DNA from: Halodesulfurarchaeum sp.
GTDB lineage: Archaea > Halobacteriota > Halobacteria > Halobacteriales > Halobacteriaceae
Reading direction: 5' to 3'
Length of the DNA: 64,000 nt
Assembly: GCA_034520565.1 (NCBI GenBank)
Contig: JAXHNL010000002.1
Span: 1,248,001-1,312,000, forward strand
Of this stretch, positions 18,780 to 29,487 are shown in pieces. Positions within the stretch are counted from its first letter, which is position 1. Each line of letters starts with the position of its first letter. The notes beneath the pieces were generated by a model. It saw only the letters and a program-made list of their open reading frames with translations, was not told the DNA's origin and made no database searches. The position numbers and the translations under genes were made by a program.

Positions 18780-20175
18780 CAGAGCGGCGATTCGGGACAC
18801 GGCGAAGTACCTCCGGCAGGTCCGCCCGATCGACCCCGCCGAAATCAGCGAGTACGTTCCGGAGCAGCCCGATCCCCGCGTCGTGCGACAGGTTCTCCGG
18901 GAGCAGGCGATGGAACTCGGCCTCGCCGAGGGCCCGGACGGGGCCTTTCGTCCGGCCGCGACAGGACCGTTTCGCCGCGAATTCGACGGCGTCGAACGGC
19001 TTCCCGAGCAGTACGAAACCCGTCTGACTGACCTGCTTGTGGAGCAGTACGGATCGGATTGGAACCGGGGGGAGACGGGGGCCGAGATCCGCGACCGGAT
19101 CGGCCGCCTGAAGGCGGATTACTTCGACGGTCGGTCGGTGACTTACGACCGGGACGTCGCGCTGGCCTACGCGATCTACCACCTCGCGGACTACTACGCG
19201 AGCACCCAGTACGTGCTCGCGGCCCTCTCCCGGGACGGGCTCATCCCGAGTCGGGCTCGGGTGCTCGATGTCGGCGCCGGGGTCGGTGGTCCGGCCCTCG
19301 CGTTTGCGGACTTCTACGCCGCTGACCGCGGCCCCGAAGCGCTCCCGATTCTCGAGTATCACGCGGTCGAACCCTCGGCGGCAGCCGAGGTCCTCGACGC
19401 GCTGCTCGGGAACGGGCCACGAAACGTCACGACAGCTATCCATCGCGAAACTGCGGAGGCCTTCGATTCGGCCGGGACCTTCGATCTCGTCTTCTTCAAC
19501 AACGTGCTCTCGGAACTCGACACGCCCGTCGAGACGGCTGCCCGATACCTCGACTTCCTCGCGGAGTCCGGTTCGCTCGTCCTGACGGCCCCCGCAGACC
19601 GGAACACGAGCATTCAGCTGCGAACCGTCGAGCGCGACCTCGAGGACTGGGGCGCGACGGTCTATGGTCCGACGGTCCGTCTCTGGGCTGGGGAACGACC
19701 CACCGACACGTGCTGGTCGTTCGACCGGCGGCCGGACATCGCGGTTCCAGCCTTCCAGTCCGCGCTGGCCGGGGAAGCGGATCGACCCGCGTCGGTCACG
19801 AACACTGCCGTCAAGTACTCTCACTCGGTGCTCCGAATGGACGGAACGCGACGGTACGATCTGGCACTCGACCGATCGAACGTCGCGATGATGGCCGAGA
19901 TGGAGACCCACGTCGGCAGCCGTATCGATCTCGTCGCCGCGAAACTCTCCCGGGACCTCTCGGAGGGGGGCCATCCGCTCTTCAAAGTGAGCGACGGGAG
20001 CGAATCTGCCAGCCACTTCGCCGTGCTGGTCAACGAAACCGAGTTGAACCGTGACCTGTTGGCCGCCGAATACGGCGATTTGCTCCAGATAACCGCCGGT
20101 CTAGCCCTTTACAACGACGATCAGGACGCGTACAACATCGTCGTCGACGAGGAGACGATAGTGGACGCGGCCTGA
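18769..20175 (+). CDS. Class I SAM-dependent methyltransferase (Rsm22-like)
   Basis: VLDVGAGVGGP; FDLVFFNNVLSEL. Confidence 0.85.
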   Translation: MPVDRAAIRDTAKYLRQVRPIDPAEISEYVPEQPDPRVVRQVLREQAMELGLAEGPDGAFRPAATGPFRREFDGVERLPEQYETRLTDLLVEQYGSDWNRGETGAEIRDRIGRLKADYFDGRSVTYDRDVALAYAIYHLADYYASTQYVLAALSRDGLIPSRARVLDVGAGVGGPALAFADFYAADRGPEALPILEYHAVEPSAAAEVLDALLGNGPRNVTTAIHRETAEAFDSAGTFDLVFFNNVLSELDTPVETAARYLDFLAESGSLVLTAPADRNTSIQLRTVERDLEDWGATVYGPTVRLWAGERPTDTCWSFDRRPDIAVPAFQSALAGEADRPASVTNTAVKYSHSVLRMDGTRRYDLALDRSNVAMMAEMETHVGSRIDLVAAKLSRDLSEGGHPLFKVSDGSESASHFAVLVNETELNRDLLAAEYGDLLQITAGLALYNDDQDAYNIVVDEETIVDAA

Positions 20176-20227
20176 GTGTCTCACCGACAGCGGTGCGCTT
20201 TTGCGGTGGGGCCTCCTCGGCTTTCCT

Positions 20228-21007
20228 ATGTCCGGGTCCCCCGACATTCTCGTGACGAACGACGACGGCATCGAGAGCCCCGGCATTCGGGCCCTCGCGG
20301 CGGAACTCTCGACGGTCGGGGACGTGACGGTCGTCGCGCCCGCGGACAACCAGAGCGCGGTGGGGCGGGCCAGCTCGCGGGAGGTGCGGGTGCAGGAGTC
20401 GGACCTCGGCTACGCCATCGAAGGGACGCCCGTCGACTGTGTCGTCGCCGGGATCGGTTCGTTGGCCCCGTATCCCGACATCGTGGTTGCCGGCATCAAC
20501 AAGGGTGCGAACCTCGGCATGTACGTCCTCGGTCGCTCCGGGACGGTGAGCGCCGCCGTCGAGGCCGCCTTCTTCGACGTCCCGGCGATTGCCGCCTCCC
20601 TTTACTTGCCCGACGAGAAGTGGAAGCGCTCTTTGAAACAGGCCGACTACGAGCACGCCGCCCGGGCGACCCGGCACGTTGTCGAGGCGAGTCTCGAAAG
20701 CGGCGTCTTCGAGGACGCGGATTACCTCAATCTGAACGCCCCGGACCCCGACATCGAACCGAAGGGGATGCGGATTACCCGCCCGTCCCGCGCCTACGAT
20801 ATGACCGCCGAACGGGACGGCACGTGGGTCTCGCTCAAGGATCGGATGTGGCAGCGGATGGAAACCGGGAGTCTCGCCGACGACCCGGATACGGACCGCC
20901 GGGCTGTCGTCGAAGGCCAGATCAGCGTGTCTGCGCTCACGGCCCCACACACCCCGGAAGGGCAAGGCTCGCTCGAGGAGGTCGTTTCGTCCTATCGCAC
21001 AGCCTGA
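20228..21007 (+). CDS. surE: 5'/3'-nucleotidase SurE
   Basis: ILVTNDDGI, GTPVDCV, GINKGANLG, SGTVSAA. Confidence 0.95.
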   Translation: MSGSPDILVTNDDGIESPGIRALAAELSTVGDVTVVAPADNQSAVGRASSREVRVQESDLGYAIEGTPVDCVVAGIGSLAPYPDIVVAGINKGANLGMYVLGRSGTVSAAVEAAFFDVPAIAASLYLPDEKWKRSLKQADYEHAARATRHVVEASLESGVFEDADYLNLNAPDPDIEPKGMRITRPSRAYDMTAERDGTWVSLKDRMWQRMETGSLADDPDTDRRAVVEGQISVSALTAPHTPEGQGSLEEVVSSYRTA

Positions 21008-21033
21008 TACCGCATCGCTTGCAGCAATTTGGC

Positions 21034-21348
21034 TTACCGCTTCTCCCGCTGTTCGACCTTGTTCAACTCGATGAGCAGCCGGAAAATAGCCTTGACCAGG
21101 TTGGCGTCGACGTCGAACTGCTCGGCGTTCTCCCCGGCTCGCTCCATGACGGCCTGTTCCTGGGTCTCGTCCGTCGTGGGCAGCCCTTCCTCGGCTTTCA
21201 CTTCGGCGATCGTGTCCGCGACGTACGTTCGCCGGGCGATCAGTTCGACGATGTCGTGATCGATCATCCGGATCTCCTCGCGGAGGTCCTCCAGTGACAT
21301 CTCCTCGGTGGGCTTGCCCCCCGACCTCGTTCGCGATGGTTCGCTCAT
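21034..21348 (-). CDS. Chorismate mutase (AroQ)
   Basis: LEDLREEIRMIDHDIVELIARR. Confidence 0.9.
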   Translation of the reverse strand: MSEPSRTRSGGKPTEEMSLEDLREEIRMIDHDIVELIARRTYVADTIAEVKAEEGLPTTDETQEQAVMERAGENAEQFDVDANLVKAIFRLLIELNKVEQREKR

Positions 21349-22193
21349 TCTACGATCGCCCCGTCGGTCTGTGTTCGTGTCCGGATGACCTTCCCGTTTC
21401 GCTTTTTCCATCGGTCCGCGACGGTTTCGATCGCGTCGCGCTCCCCGACGGCCACGTAACTCGGGCCGGTTCCGGAGAGGGATACCCCGTCGGCCGCCGG
21501 GAGGGCTTCGATCATGGGTTCGCTCGGCCGTTCGAGTGCGGCCGCGTACGCGAACCCGTTGATCGTCATCGCGTTCTCGTAGCGACCGCTTTCGGCCAGT
21601 TCCAGCACGACGTCCGCGATCGGGGCGATTCGCTCGCACCGCCTGACGTTTGCATCGGCACTGAACCCCCGTTCTGGCGGCATCCACACCGCCACGTCCC
21701 AGTCGACGATCTCCCGGCTGAGGAGCCGATCCTCGGTGTTGTCCGAGATCGTCACTCCCCCGAGCATGCTCGCGCTGGCGTCGTCGAAGGCCCCAGTGAC
21801 GGTCACGCCGGCGTCTCTGGCCGCCTCGACCCCGATCCTGGCCGCGTCCTCTCGGCTCATGCTGTCCGCCTCGTCGAGGGCCGAAAGGGCTGCCAGCACG
21901 GCCGCGTTCGCGGCCGCACTCGAACTCTTGAGCCCGGAGGCCAGCGGGACCTCACTTTCGGTTCTGACCGTCGCTCCCTCGACCTCACCGACCGATTCGA
22001 GGACCAGCTCGACGGCCCGTTCGACGAGGCTCGTATCGGCGTCCGGGTCCTCTGCGATTTCGCCCTGGACCGTCCCGCCGCCAAGCGTGACGTCTGCGGT
22101 CACGTAGCGATCGATGGCGAAAGCGGACCCGTATCCCGTGGCGAGGGCGTTAAGAACCGTCCCCGCAGCCGGGGCCCGTGCACGTCCGTCCAT
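21345..22193 (-). CDS. aroK: Archaeal shikimate kinase (GHMP family)
   Basis: PLASGLKSSSA, TGAFDDA, LSGTGPS. Confidence 0.95.
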   Translation of the reverse strand: MDGRARAPAAGTVLNALATGYGSAFAIDRYVTADVTLGGGTVQGEIAEDPDADTSLVERAVELVLESVGEVEGATVRTESEVPLASGLKSSSAAANAAVLAALSALDEADSMSREDAARIGVEAARDAGVTVTGAFDDASASMLGGVTISDNTEDRLLSREIVDWDVAVWMPPERGFSADANVRRCERIAPIADVVLELAESGRYENAMTINGFAYAAALERPSEPMIEALPAADGVSLSGTGPSYVAVGERDAIETVADRWKKRNGKVIRTRTQTDGAIVE

Positions 22194-22277
22194 GCCCCGC
22201 AGTTCAGCCAGCGGTCACTTACGGTTGCCGGTCCCGAAGAACGCGGGGCTTTTGGCGACGGACGGGAAACCCCAGCC

Positions 22278-22703
22278 ATGACCGCTCGCGGCGACGTGGC
22301 ACCCGAACCGCTCGGCGTCGAACTGGACGAGGACGGCATTTACGTACAGTACCGGGACAACCGTCGGGTGTTCTACAACGGGATTCCCGAGGTCGTCACC
22401 GGCACGCTCCGCTGTCGGCCGGGGAAGGACGTGCAGGTGCTGGTGACCGACGAATCCGAAGCCGAAGGGGTGATGACCTACGTGAATGAGCGAAAGACCG
22501 AGGACGGCATTCTCGAATCGAGCGGGGTGGGCCGCGTTTTTCTCGAGTCGGGCGAGGAGGCGGAACTCTTCGAGGGCGTCACCGCCAGGCTCGACGGGCT
22601 CGCCGTGGAAGTGACCGCGGATATGGACCGGATCGATGGCCGGGTCTTCGTCTTCGAGGAGGACGAACTCGGCGAGGAGATGTACGAACTCCGGGAGGCC
22701 TGA
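22278..22703 (+). CDS. Conserved haloarchaeal protein (DUF5796-like)
   Basis: Acidic ORF MTARGDVAPEPLGVEL...ILESSGVGRV. Confidence 0.7.
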   Translation: MTARGDVAPEPLGVELDEDGIYVQYRDNRRVFYNGIPEVVTGTLRCRPGKDVQVLVTDESEAEGVMTYVNERKTEDGILESSGVGRVFLESGEEAELFEGVTARLDGLAVEVTADMDRIDGRVFVFEEDELGEEMYELREA

Positions 22704-22838
22704 CTACTGGAGATACGACGGGTCCTCTGCGTCGCAGTTTTCCTCGTGCTGGCCTGCCTCCTCCCGGTCGTCGAACATCATCCCGCACTTTTCACAGACG
22801 TACCAGGTCGAGCCGTCCTTTTCCGTTTCCTCCACCAT
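22704..22838 (-). CDS. 44-aa C2HC Zn-finger microprotein
   Basis: MVEETEKDGSTWYVCEKCGMMFDDREEAGQHEENC... Confidence 0.75.
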   Translation of the reverse strand: MVEETEKDGSTWYVCEKCGMMFDDREEAGQHEENCDAEDPSYLQ

Positions 22839-22911
22839 GGACGTATATCGATTCGCCGGCAGTATAGGCATTCCCCCGCCACGCTTTAGGCCGTCGGCTC
22901 GAAGGCAGCAC

Positions 22912-24999
22912 ATGAGCGGGAACGCGCCGGTCGAGGCCGTCTTGCGGGAATCTCGGTCCCGGGACGCGGGGCAGGGAGTCATCAGGCTCTCACGAGAGCT
23001 CATGCGCGAGTTGGGAATTCTCAGCGGGGAGACAGTCCAGATCGAAGGTGGGTCGACGACTGTCGCCCGGGTCTGGCCAGGGCGGGACACGCTTGGTCGG
23101 AACGAGATCCGGGCCGACGGTGAACTCAGGGCGAATGCCGAGGCAGCGATTGGGGACCGCGTCACGGTCTCTCCGGTCGAACTTGTCGACGCCGAACAGG
23201 TAACACTCGTTCCGACTGCCGATTCCGGACGGGATCGCGACGCGATCGAGGACGCGTTAGGGACCCGGTTGCTGAACCGCTCGGTCCGGTCGGGCCAGCA
23301 GGTCAAAGTCGACTCGCTTGGCGCGATCGGCGAGTTCCGGGTGAATTCGACGGAGCCGACGGGCCCGGTCCGGATCACCGAAGAAACGTCGATCGTGGTT
23401 GGCAAAGGGACCGATGGCTCGAACGGCGTCGGGGTCACCTACGAGGACATCGGTGGGCTCGACGCCGAACTCGATGCCGTGCGGGAACTGGTCGAGGTGC
23501 CACTCGCGGAGCCGGGACTCTTCAGGCGACTGGGTATCGACCCGCCGAAGGGGATTCTTCTCTATGGCCCGCCTGGCACGGGGAAGACCCGGATCGCCAG
23601 GGCAGTCGCCAACGAGGCAAACGCCCATTTCATCTCGGTGTCGGGCCCGGAGATCGTCCAGAAGTACAAGGGCGAGTCCGAACAGCAAATCCGGGAGATC
23701 TTCGAGGAGGCCCGTTCGGAGGCCCCGAGTGTGGTCTTCTTCGACGAACTCGACGCGATCGCCGGCAAGCGGGATGGCGGTGGCGACATGGAGAACCGGA
23801 TCGTCGCCCAGTTGCTTGCCGAACTCGACGGACTGGAGGTCCGAGGCGAAATGGTCGTTATCGGGGCGACCAACCGCGTCGACGCGATCGATCCGGCGCT
23901 TCGCCGGCCCGGGCGATTCGACCGGGAGGTCGAGATCGGGGTTCCCGATCGGGACGGTCGCGAGGAGATACTCCGGATCCATACCCGTGGGATGCCCCTG
24001 GCCGAGGACGTCGACCTCGCCGATCTCGCCGATCGGACCCACGGCTTCGTCGGCGCCGACCTCCAGGCCCTTGTCGTCGAGGCCGCGATGGACGCGCTCG
24101 CCCGGCATCGGGACGACGACGCGTCGGAACTGCTCGTCGAACGGGCAGATCTCGAAGGGGCACTGTCGGCGGTCGAACCCTCCGCGATGCGGGAGTTCGT
24201 CGCGGAACTGCCGGAGACGTCCTTCGATGACATCGGCGGCCTCGACTCGATAAAACGGACGTTGCGTGAAGCAGTGGAGTGGCCACGGACCCACCGGGAC
24301 CTGTTCGACGAGACCGACACCGATCCCCCATCTGGGATTCTTCTCCATGGACCGCCGGGAACCGGGAAGACGATGCTCGCACGCGCCGTCGCGAGCGAGA
24401 GCGGGGTGAACTTCGTGCGGGTTGCCGGCCCCGAACTCTACGACCGGTACGTCGGCGAATCCGAGCGGGCCGTCCGCGAACTCTTCGAGCGGGCCCGCCA
24501 GGCCGCCCCCTCGGTCATCTTTCTCGACGAACTCGACGCGATCGCCGGCAAGCGTGGGGATACCCAGGAGGTGACCGAGCGGGTGGTCTCCCAGCTCCTG
24601 ACCGAACTCGACGGGGCCGCAGCCGATCCGAACCTCATCGTGCTCGCGGCCACGAACCGATACGACGCGATCGATCCGGCCCTTCTTCGACCGGGACGAC
24701 TCGAGCGTCACGTGTACGTTCCGAACCCGGACGCGGTCGCTCGCCGGGAGATCCTGCAGGTCAAGATGGCGACGAAACCCCTCGCAGACGACGTGGATCT
24801 CGACGCTCTGGCAGCCGACACGAACGGCTACACCGGGGCCGACCTCGAAGCCCTGGTTCGGGAGGCGTCGATGCGGGCGATCAGGGACGCCGTAGCGGAC
24901 GGCGACGAGGCCGACGACGGAGTTATGCTCACCGCGGCACACTTCTCGGATGCGATGGACGTCGTTACTGCAGCGGAGGAATCCCCCCGTCGGGACTGA
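22912..24999 (+). CDS. cdc48: Cdc48/VCP-family AAA ATPase
   Basis: N-domain plus two GPPGTGKT Walker A and DELD Walker B motifs; ALRRPGRFDRE. Confidence 0.95.
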   Translation: MSGNAPVEAVLRESRSRDAGQGVIRLSRELMRELGILSGETVQIEGGSTTVARVWPGRDTLGRNEIRADGELRANAEAAIGDRVTVSPVELVDAEQVTLVPTADSGRDRDAIEDALGTRLLNRSVRSGQQVKVDSLGAIGEFRVNSTEPTGPVRITEETSIVVGKGTDGSNGVGVTYEDIGGLDAELDAVRELVEVPLAEPGLFRRLGIDPPKGILLYGPPGTGKTRIARAVANEANAHFISVSGPEIVQKYKGESEQQIREIFEEARSEAPSVVFFDELDAIAGKRDGGGDMENRIVAQLLAELDGLEVRGEMVVIGATNRVDAIDPALRRPGRFDREVEIGVPDRDGREEILRIHTRGMPLAEDVDLADLADRTHGFVGADLQALVVEAAMDALARHRDDDASELLVERADLEGALSAVEPSAMREFVAELPETSFDDIGGLDSIKRTLREAVEWPRTHRDLFDETDTDPPSGILLHGPPGTGKTMLARAVASESGVNFVRVAGPELYDRYVGESERAVRELFERARQAAPSVIFLDELDAIAGKRGDTQEVTERVVSQLLTELDGAAADPNLIVLAATNRYDAIDPALLRPGRLERHVYVPNPDAVARREILQVKMATKPLADDVDLDALAADTNGYTGADLEALVREASMRAIRDAVADGDEADDGVMLTAAHFSDAMDVVTAAEESPRRD

Positions 25000-25050
25000 T
25001 CGACGGGGCGAATCGACACGTTCTCCCGTTTCTCGGCCTCACGGACACCT

Positions 25051-25707
25051 ATGATTCGGGCCGTCGTGTTCGACATGGACGGGGTGATCGTCGACACCGA
25101 GCAGTACTGGGTCGAGGCCGAGCGCGGGATCCTCGACGCCGCATTGCCCGACGGTCACGACGTCGACCCCCACGACATCACGGGCATCAACGTCCACGAG
25201 CAATACGAGATGCTCGCCGAGGAGTACGAACTTCAGGTCACGCAGGCCGAATACTTCGATCTCTTCGACCGGGAAGCCGAAGGTGTGTACGAGCAGGCCG
25301 ACCTCCTTCCCGGGTTTCACGACCTCCTCGACGCCATCGAGGAACGCGATCTGCCGATCGGCCTAGCGACCTCCTCGTATCCCCGCTGGATCGATATCGT
25401 CTTCGAGACCCACGATCTCGACGGGCGGTTCGACGAGGTGCTGAGCGCGGCGAACCTGGACGGGCCGGGCAAACCCGAACCGCTGATCTACGAGACCGTG
25501 GCCGAGCGGCTGGCGGTCGATCCGTCTGCGATGCTGGTGATCGAAGACTCGGAGAACGGGGTCGCCGCCGCAGCGGCCGCCGGAGCATACACGATTGCCT
25601 ACGCCGCGAACGCACACGACGCCGTCGATCACTCGCCCGCTGACGAGATTGTTGAGACGCCCGGGGAGCTCCGAGCCAGGTTGCTGGCCCGTCTCGACGC
25701 CAAATAA
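25051..25707 (+). CDS. HAD family phosphatase
   Basis: FDMDGVIVDT, KPEP, IEDSENG. Confidence 0.92.
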   Translation: MIRAVVFDMDGVIVDTEQYWVEAERGILDAALPDGHDVDPHDITGINVHEQYEMLAEEYELQVTQAEYFDLFDREAEGVYEQADLLPGFHDLLDAIEERDLPIGLATSSYPRWIDIVFETHDLDGRFDEVLSAANLDGPGKPEPLIYETVAERLAVDPSAMLVIEDSENGVAAAAAAGAYTIAYAANAHDAVDHSPADEIVETPGELRARLLARLDAK

Positions 25708-25821
25708 CGAACAGGCGAAACGATTTCCTCGGCGAACAGGCGTTTCGCACACCCGCGGCCCTGCCCGCCGCAGTTCTCAGTGCATGGGCCTGGCTTGCCC
25801 GGTAATCGCTTATAAACCTCC

Positions 25822-28647
25822 TCACCAGAAGGCCTTCGTCCGGGCGTACTCGCGCTCGCGTTCGAGGATATCTCGGTAGAAGTCCTGTTCTGACTCGCGG
25901 TGTCGGTTGATGATCCGCGCGGCGTTCTCCGGGCCGACCCCGCGTCCGGACAGGGCGATGACGGCCTTTTTGCCATGGCCCTGCACGAGACTGGCGTTTC
26001 GATAGGCCCGCTCGGTCCGCTTTTGCTGGTCATCGTCCTTGTCCTTTGCTCGGATCGCCGAGAGGACGTCGTCCGCGTAGGGGCTGAGGGCCGCGATCTG
26101 GGTCGACTCGCAGTGGGGGCACTGGGGCTGGTCCGGAACGCGACTGACTGTCATCTCCCGATCGTAGTCCAGACAGTGCAGACAGACCAGCCGAACCCGG
26201 TCGTCCTGGATTCGATCCCGAACCGTATCGATCACGCTCGCGTCGGCGTTTTCGGGGGTTAGCAGCTCGGAGCCGCTCTGTCGCCCGCCGGTGCCGATGG
26301 CCGTCCGCTCGCCGATCGATTCGAGGTCGACGGACCCGTCCTGGACCGCCGCGAGCACCGCCTTCGCTCGCTCGATGTCGAGTTCCTCGTGGAAGACCTC
26401 CCTGATCGACTCCTCGTAAATCGGCGTGTCTTCGAGGGCGGCCATCACCCGACTGAGCGACACCCCGTCGCCGCCCTTCCATCGCTTGAGCGCGCCGAAC
26501 TTGGCGGCGACCTGTGCGAGGGTGAACTTCAGCGTCTCCGACCCATCGAGGCTCAACTCGAGGAGCGGCCCGACGTGACGCGGTTCGGTCGTCTCCAAAA
26601 CCGCTCGAACGTCCGGGGCCCTGATGCCACGAGGGACGTCGAGTTCGACCCGATAGGGATCGACCTCGAGCCCGACCGTCGAACCCGTTCGTTGCCCGAG
26701 CAACGCGGCAAGCAAACGGCCAATGGTCTCGTTGCCCTTGAGCCCGCCACAGACGTTGAGGCCGATTTCCCCGCCCTGTGACTCGATGAGGAGCCGCGTA
26801 TCCGTCGGGACCGGTGCCCCGGAGTCAACGTGGGTCTCGATTTGCACCAGTGCCCGTTCGATGGTTGCCGGACTTGCCGGGTAGCGACTCGTCAGGTCCG
26901 CCGCGACCGCTTCGGTCGCTGCCCCCGTTTCGAACTGCGTGGCAGCCACGTCGCGTATTTGCCCCACTTCCTGGGCCACCTCGTACGGGACGGGAATCTC
27001 CTGACCGGTCCAGGATGGCACTTCACCCGTCGGATCCTCGATCGGCGACACCTCGACCTGCTGGTCGTCCTCGTCGATCTCGGAGATCCGCCACATGTCT
27101 CCCCGCTGGATGAACGAGGCCCCCGGCTCGGCGAAATTGACGACGAACCGCTCGTCCAGGGTGCCAACCTGCGAGCCGCTGGCGATGTCGAAGACCTCGT
27201 AGGTCTCCTCGTCGGGGATCATCGAGAGGTTCCGGTAGTAGTACTGCCAGGTGCCGCCGGACTTCTCGATCCGGTCTGCCTCCTCGTCGAGCCAGAGGAC
27301 GTAATTCGAATTGAGTTCCCGGACGACTGCTTTGAACGTCTCCTGCTCGAGGTCCCGGAACGGGTAGGCGTTCGTGAGGACCTCGTAGGCACCCCGGGCG
27401 GAGATTTCTCCGCCGTCCATGACGAGCCCGACGACCTGATTTGCGACGACGTCGAGGCTGCCGTGGTGGATCTCGGCCGGTTCGACGGCTCCCGTCCCGG
27501 CCCGGCGAGCGATCGCGAGTGCCTCGAGCGTGTCGTCGGGATGGGCGGTGACGACCGTCCCGGTCGAGACGGTATCGTGGCGGTGGCCGGCCCGCCCGAC
27601 CCGCTGGAGCAGGCGAGTGACCTGTCGTGGACTCGAGTACTGGACGACGTGATCGATCCGGCCCACGTCGATTCCCAGCTCCATCGAGGAGGTGCACAGC
27701 AGTGCGTCCAGGTCGCCGTCCTTGAACCGATCCTCGACGTCGATCCGGGCGTCCTTCGAGAGCGAGCCGTGGTGGACGCCGATGTTCGCCCCCATCTCCT
27801 TGAACCGGGATCCAAGCGCCTCGGCAGTTTGGCGCGTGTTTACGAAGATGAGGGTCGAATCCTGTGCTTCCACGATGTCGGCGATGTATCGGAGGTGGCT
27901 CGCGACCGCTTTCGTGGTCATCGCTTCCGAGGCCAGATCACGATCGGCTTCGGTGATATCGGGCTGGACGACCTCGACGTCGATCTTGCTCGCGACGTCG
28001 ACGGAGACGATCTCGCAGCCACGATCGCCCGTGAGGAATTTCCCGACCTCTTCGGGGTCACCGACGGTCGCGGAGAGCCCCACTCGTTGCATCGGGCCGG
28101 CGAGTTCCCGGAGGCGTTCGAGTGCCACGGTCAGTTGTGCCCCCCGCTTCGCGGCGGCGAGTTCGTGGACCTCGTCCACGACGACGTAATCGACGTCTTC
28201 GAGTCCTTTACGGAGTTTCGACCCGGAGAGCATCGCTTGCACCGTTTCCGGTGTCGTCACGAGGACGTCGGGAGGGTCCTCGGCCTGCTTCTGGCGCTGG
28301 TACTGGGTCGTATCGCCGTGGCGAACCTGCACGTCCAGGTCGAGCACGTCACCCCACCACTCGAGCCGATCCCGCATGTCTCGGTTGAGTGCCCGAAGCG
28401 GGGTGACGTACAGGGCCCCGAATCCCTCCCGGGGTTCCTGGACCAGTTTGTCGAAGATCGGGAGCATCGCGGTCTCCGTCTTGCCGGTCCCCGTCGGGGC
28501 GATCACGAGGGTGTGCTGCCCGGCAGCGATCGGGGGAATCGCCCGGCGCTGGGGCTCGGTGGGCGTGGAAAACCCCCGCTCGGAGAGTGCCGCCCGGACC
28601 GCTGGCCCGAGGGCCACAAAGGCGTCGGCCTGCCCCATCTCGCTCAT
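25822..28647 (-). CDS. lhr: Lhr-type DEAD/H helicase
   Basis: APTGTGKT, DEVH, SAT, QRVGRAGH and C-terminal CxxC...CxxC. Confidence 0.93.
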   Translation of the reverse strand: MSEMGQADAFVALGPAVRAALSERGFSTPTEPQRRAIPPIAAGQHTLVIAPTGTGKTETAMLPIFDKLVQEPREGFGALYVTPLRALNRDMRDRLEWWGDVLDLDVQVRHGDTTQYQRQKQAEDPPDVLVTTPETVQAMLSGSKLRKGLEDVDYVVVDEVHELAAAKRGAQLTVALERLRELAGPMQRVGLSATVGDPEEVGKFLTGDRGCEIVSVDVASKIDVEVVQPDITEADRDLASEAMTTKAVASHLRYIADIVEAQDSTLIFVNTRQTAEALGSRFKEMGANIGVHHGSLSKDARIDVEDRFKDGDLDALLCTSSMELGIDVGRIDHVVQYSSPRQVTRLLQRVGRAGHRHDTVSTGTVVTAHPDDTLEALAIARRAGTGAVEPAEIHHGSLDVVANQVVGLVMDGGEISARGAYEVLTNAYPFRDLEQETFKAVVRELNSNYVLWLDEEADRIEKSGGTWQYYYRNLSMIPDEETYEVFDIASGSQVGTLDERFVVNFAEPGASFIQRGDMWRISEIDEDDQQVEVSPIEDPTGEVPSWTGQEIPVPYEVAQEVGQIRDVAATQFETGAATEAVAADLTSRYPASPATIERALVQIETHVDSGAPVPTDTRLLIESQGGEIGLNVCGGLKGNETIGRLLAALLGQRTGSTVGLEVDPYRVELDVPRGIRAPDVRAVLETTEPRHVGPLLELSLDGSETLKFTLAQVAAKFGALKRWKGGDGVSLSRVMAALEDTPIYEESIREVFHEELDIERAKAVLAAVQDGSVDLESIGERTAIGTGGRQSGSELLTPENADASVIDTVRDRIQDDRVRLVCLHCLDYDREMTVSRVPDQPQCPHCESTQIAALSPYADDVLSAIRAKDKDDDQQKRTERAYRNASLVQGHGKKAVIALSGRGVGPENAARIINRHRESEQDFYRDILEREREYARTKAFW

Positions 28648-28746
28648 TGTCGAGGGTTACGCGAGCGACCGGTTAAGCCCGTTGTTCGCCCGTACGCTGG
28701 CGTTCCCCGCCGGTACCGTGGAGAAGGCAATCGCCCCGCTGTGGGT

Positions 28747-29487
28747 TTAGAACGAATCATAGGCGCCCAGCCGGGTACCGTCGAGGAGGTAGGCCTGCGC
28801 GGTCGGGGCGGCCTCGGGGAGGAACGGGGAGAGGAACTCCTGTCCGGCCACGTTCACCCAGGTCCCGCCGACCATCTCGTTGAACGAGGGGAAGACCACT
28901 ACCTCGTCCGGCCCCCCGATCGTTTCGTCGTGGTAGGTCTCGAAGGGTGTCGGATCGCCGTCGCCCCGGAGCCACACTCGCTCGATGCGGCTCCCGCCGA
29001 CTTCGTCCTCGAGACGGACACACGGATGCTCGTGGCCCACCGCGAGAACGGAGACGTCCAGTACTTTTGGATCCGGCCAGGTGTGGCCGTGGGCGAAGCC
29101 GAGATCGCCGATTCGGACGCCGGTTCCATCGGCCACTTCGATGTCCAGGGCATCGGTCAGGAGGCCGTCGTGGTTCCCTGGCACGAGCAGGACGTCCCGA
29201 TTCCGGAGCGCGTGTTCGAGGTCCATGAGTTCCTCGAGTTCGGCCCCGTCCGGTTGGCCGATATGATTGCCCAGGTCCCCGAGGAAGAGCACCTGGACCG
29301 GGTCGATCCGCTCGGAAAGCGCCAGTAACCGCTCCCGGCGGTCCCCGGCCCGGCTGTCGACCTCCACCCCCTCCTGCCGGAAGGAGCGCTCGATGCCGGC
29401 GTGGTAGTCCGCGACGACGAGGATCGGGCCGTTCGGCCCGTCAGCAACGGCGGCGGGTTCCTTTTCGATTGGCTCGATCGCGGCCAT
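28747..29487 (-). CDS. Metallophosphoesterase (Rpe-like)
   Basis: DYH, LGD, GNHD, HGH and GHEHP motifs. Confidence 0.9.
   Translation of the reverse strand: MAAIEPIEKEPAAVADGPNGPILVVADYHAGIERSFRQEGVEVDSRAGDRRERLLALSERIDPVQVLFLGDLGNHIGQPDGAELEELMDLEHALRNRDVLLVPGNHDGLLTDALDIEVADGTGVRIGDLGFAHGHTWPDPKVLDVSVLAVGHEHPCVRLEDEVGGSRIERVWLRGDGDPTPFETYHDETIGGPDEVVVFPSFNEMVGGTWVNVAGQEFLSPFLPEAAPTAQAYLLDGTRLGAYDSF

Noticed and set aside
26830-29328. Long antisense or alternate-frame ORFs (832 aa here; also 23257-24942, 32467-34158, 49318-50793 and others)
   Set aside because: Shadow ORFs of GC-rich genes; no motifs, and they overlap well-identified genes
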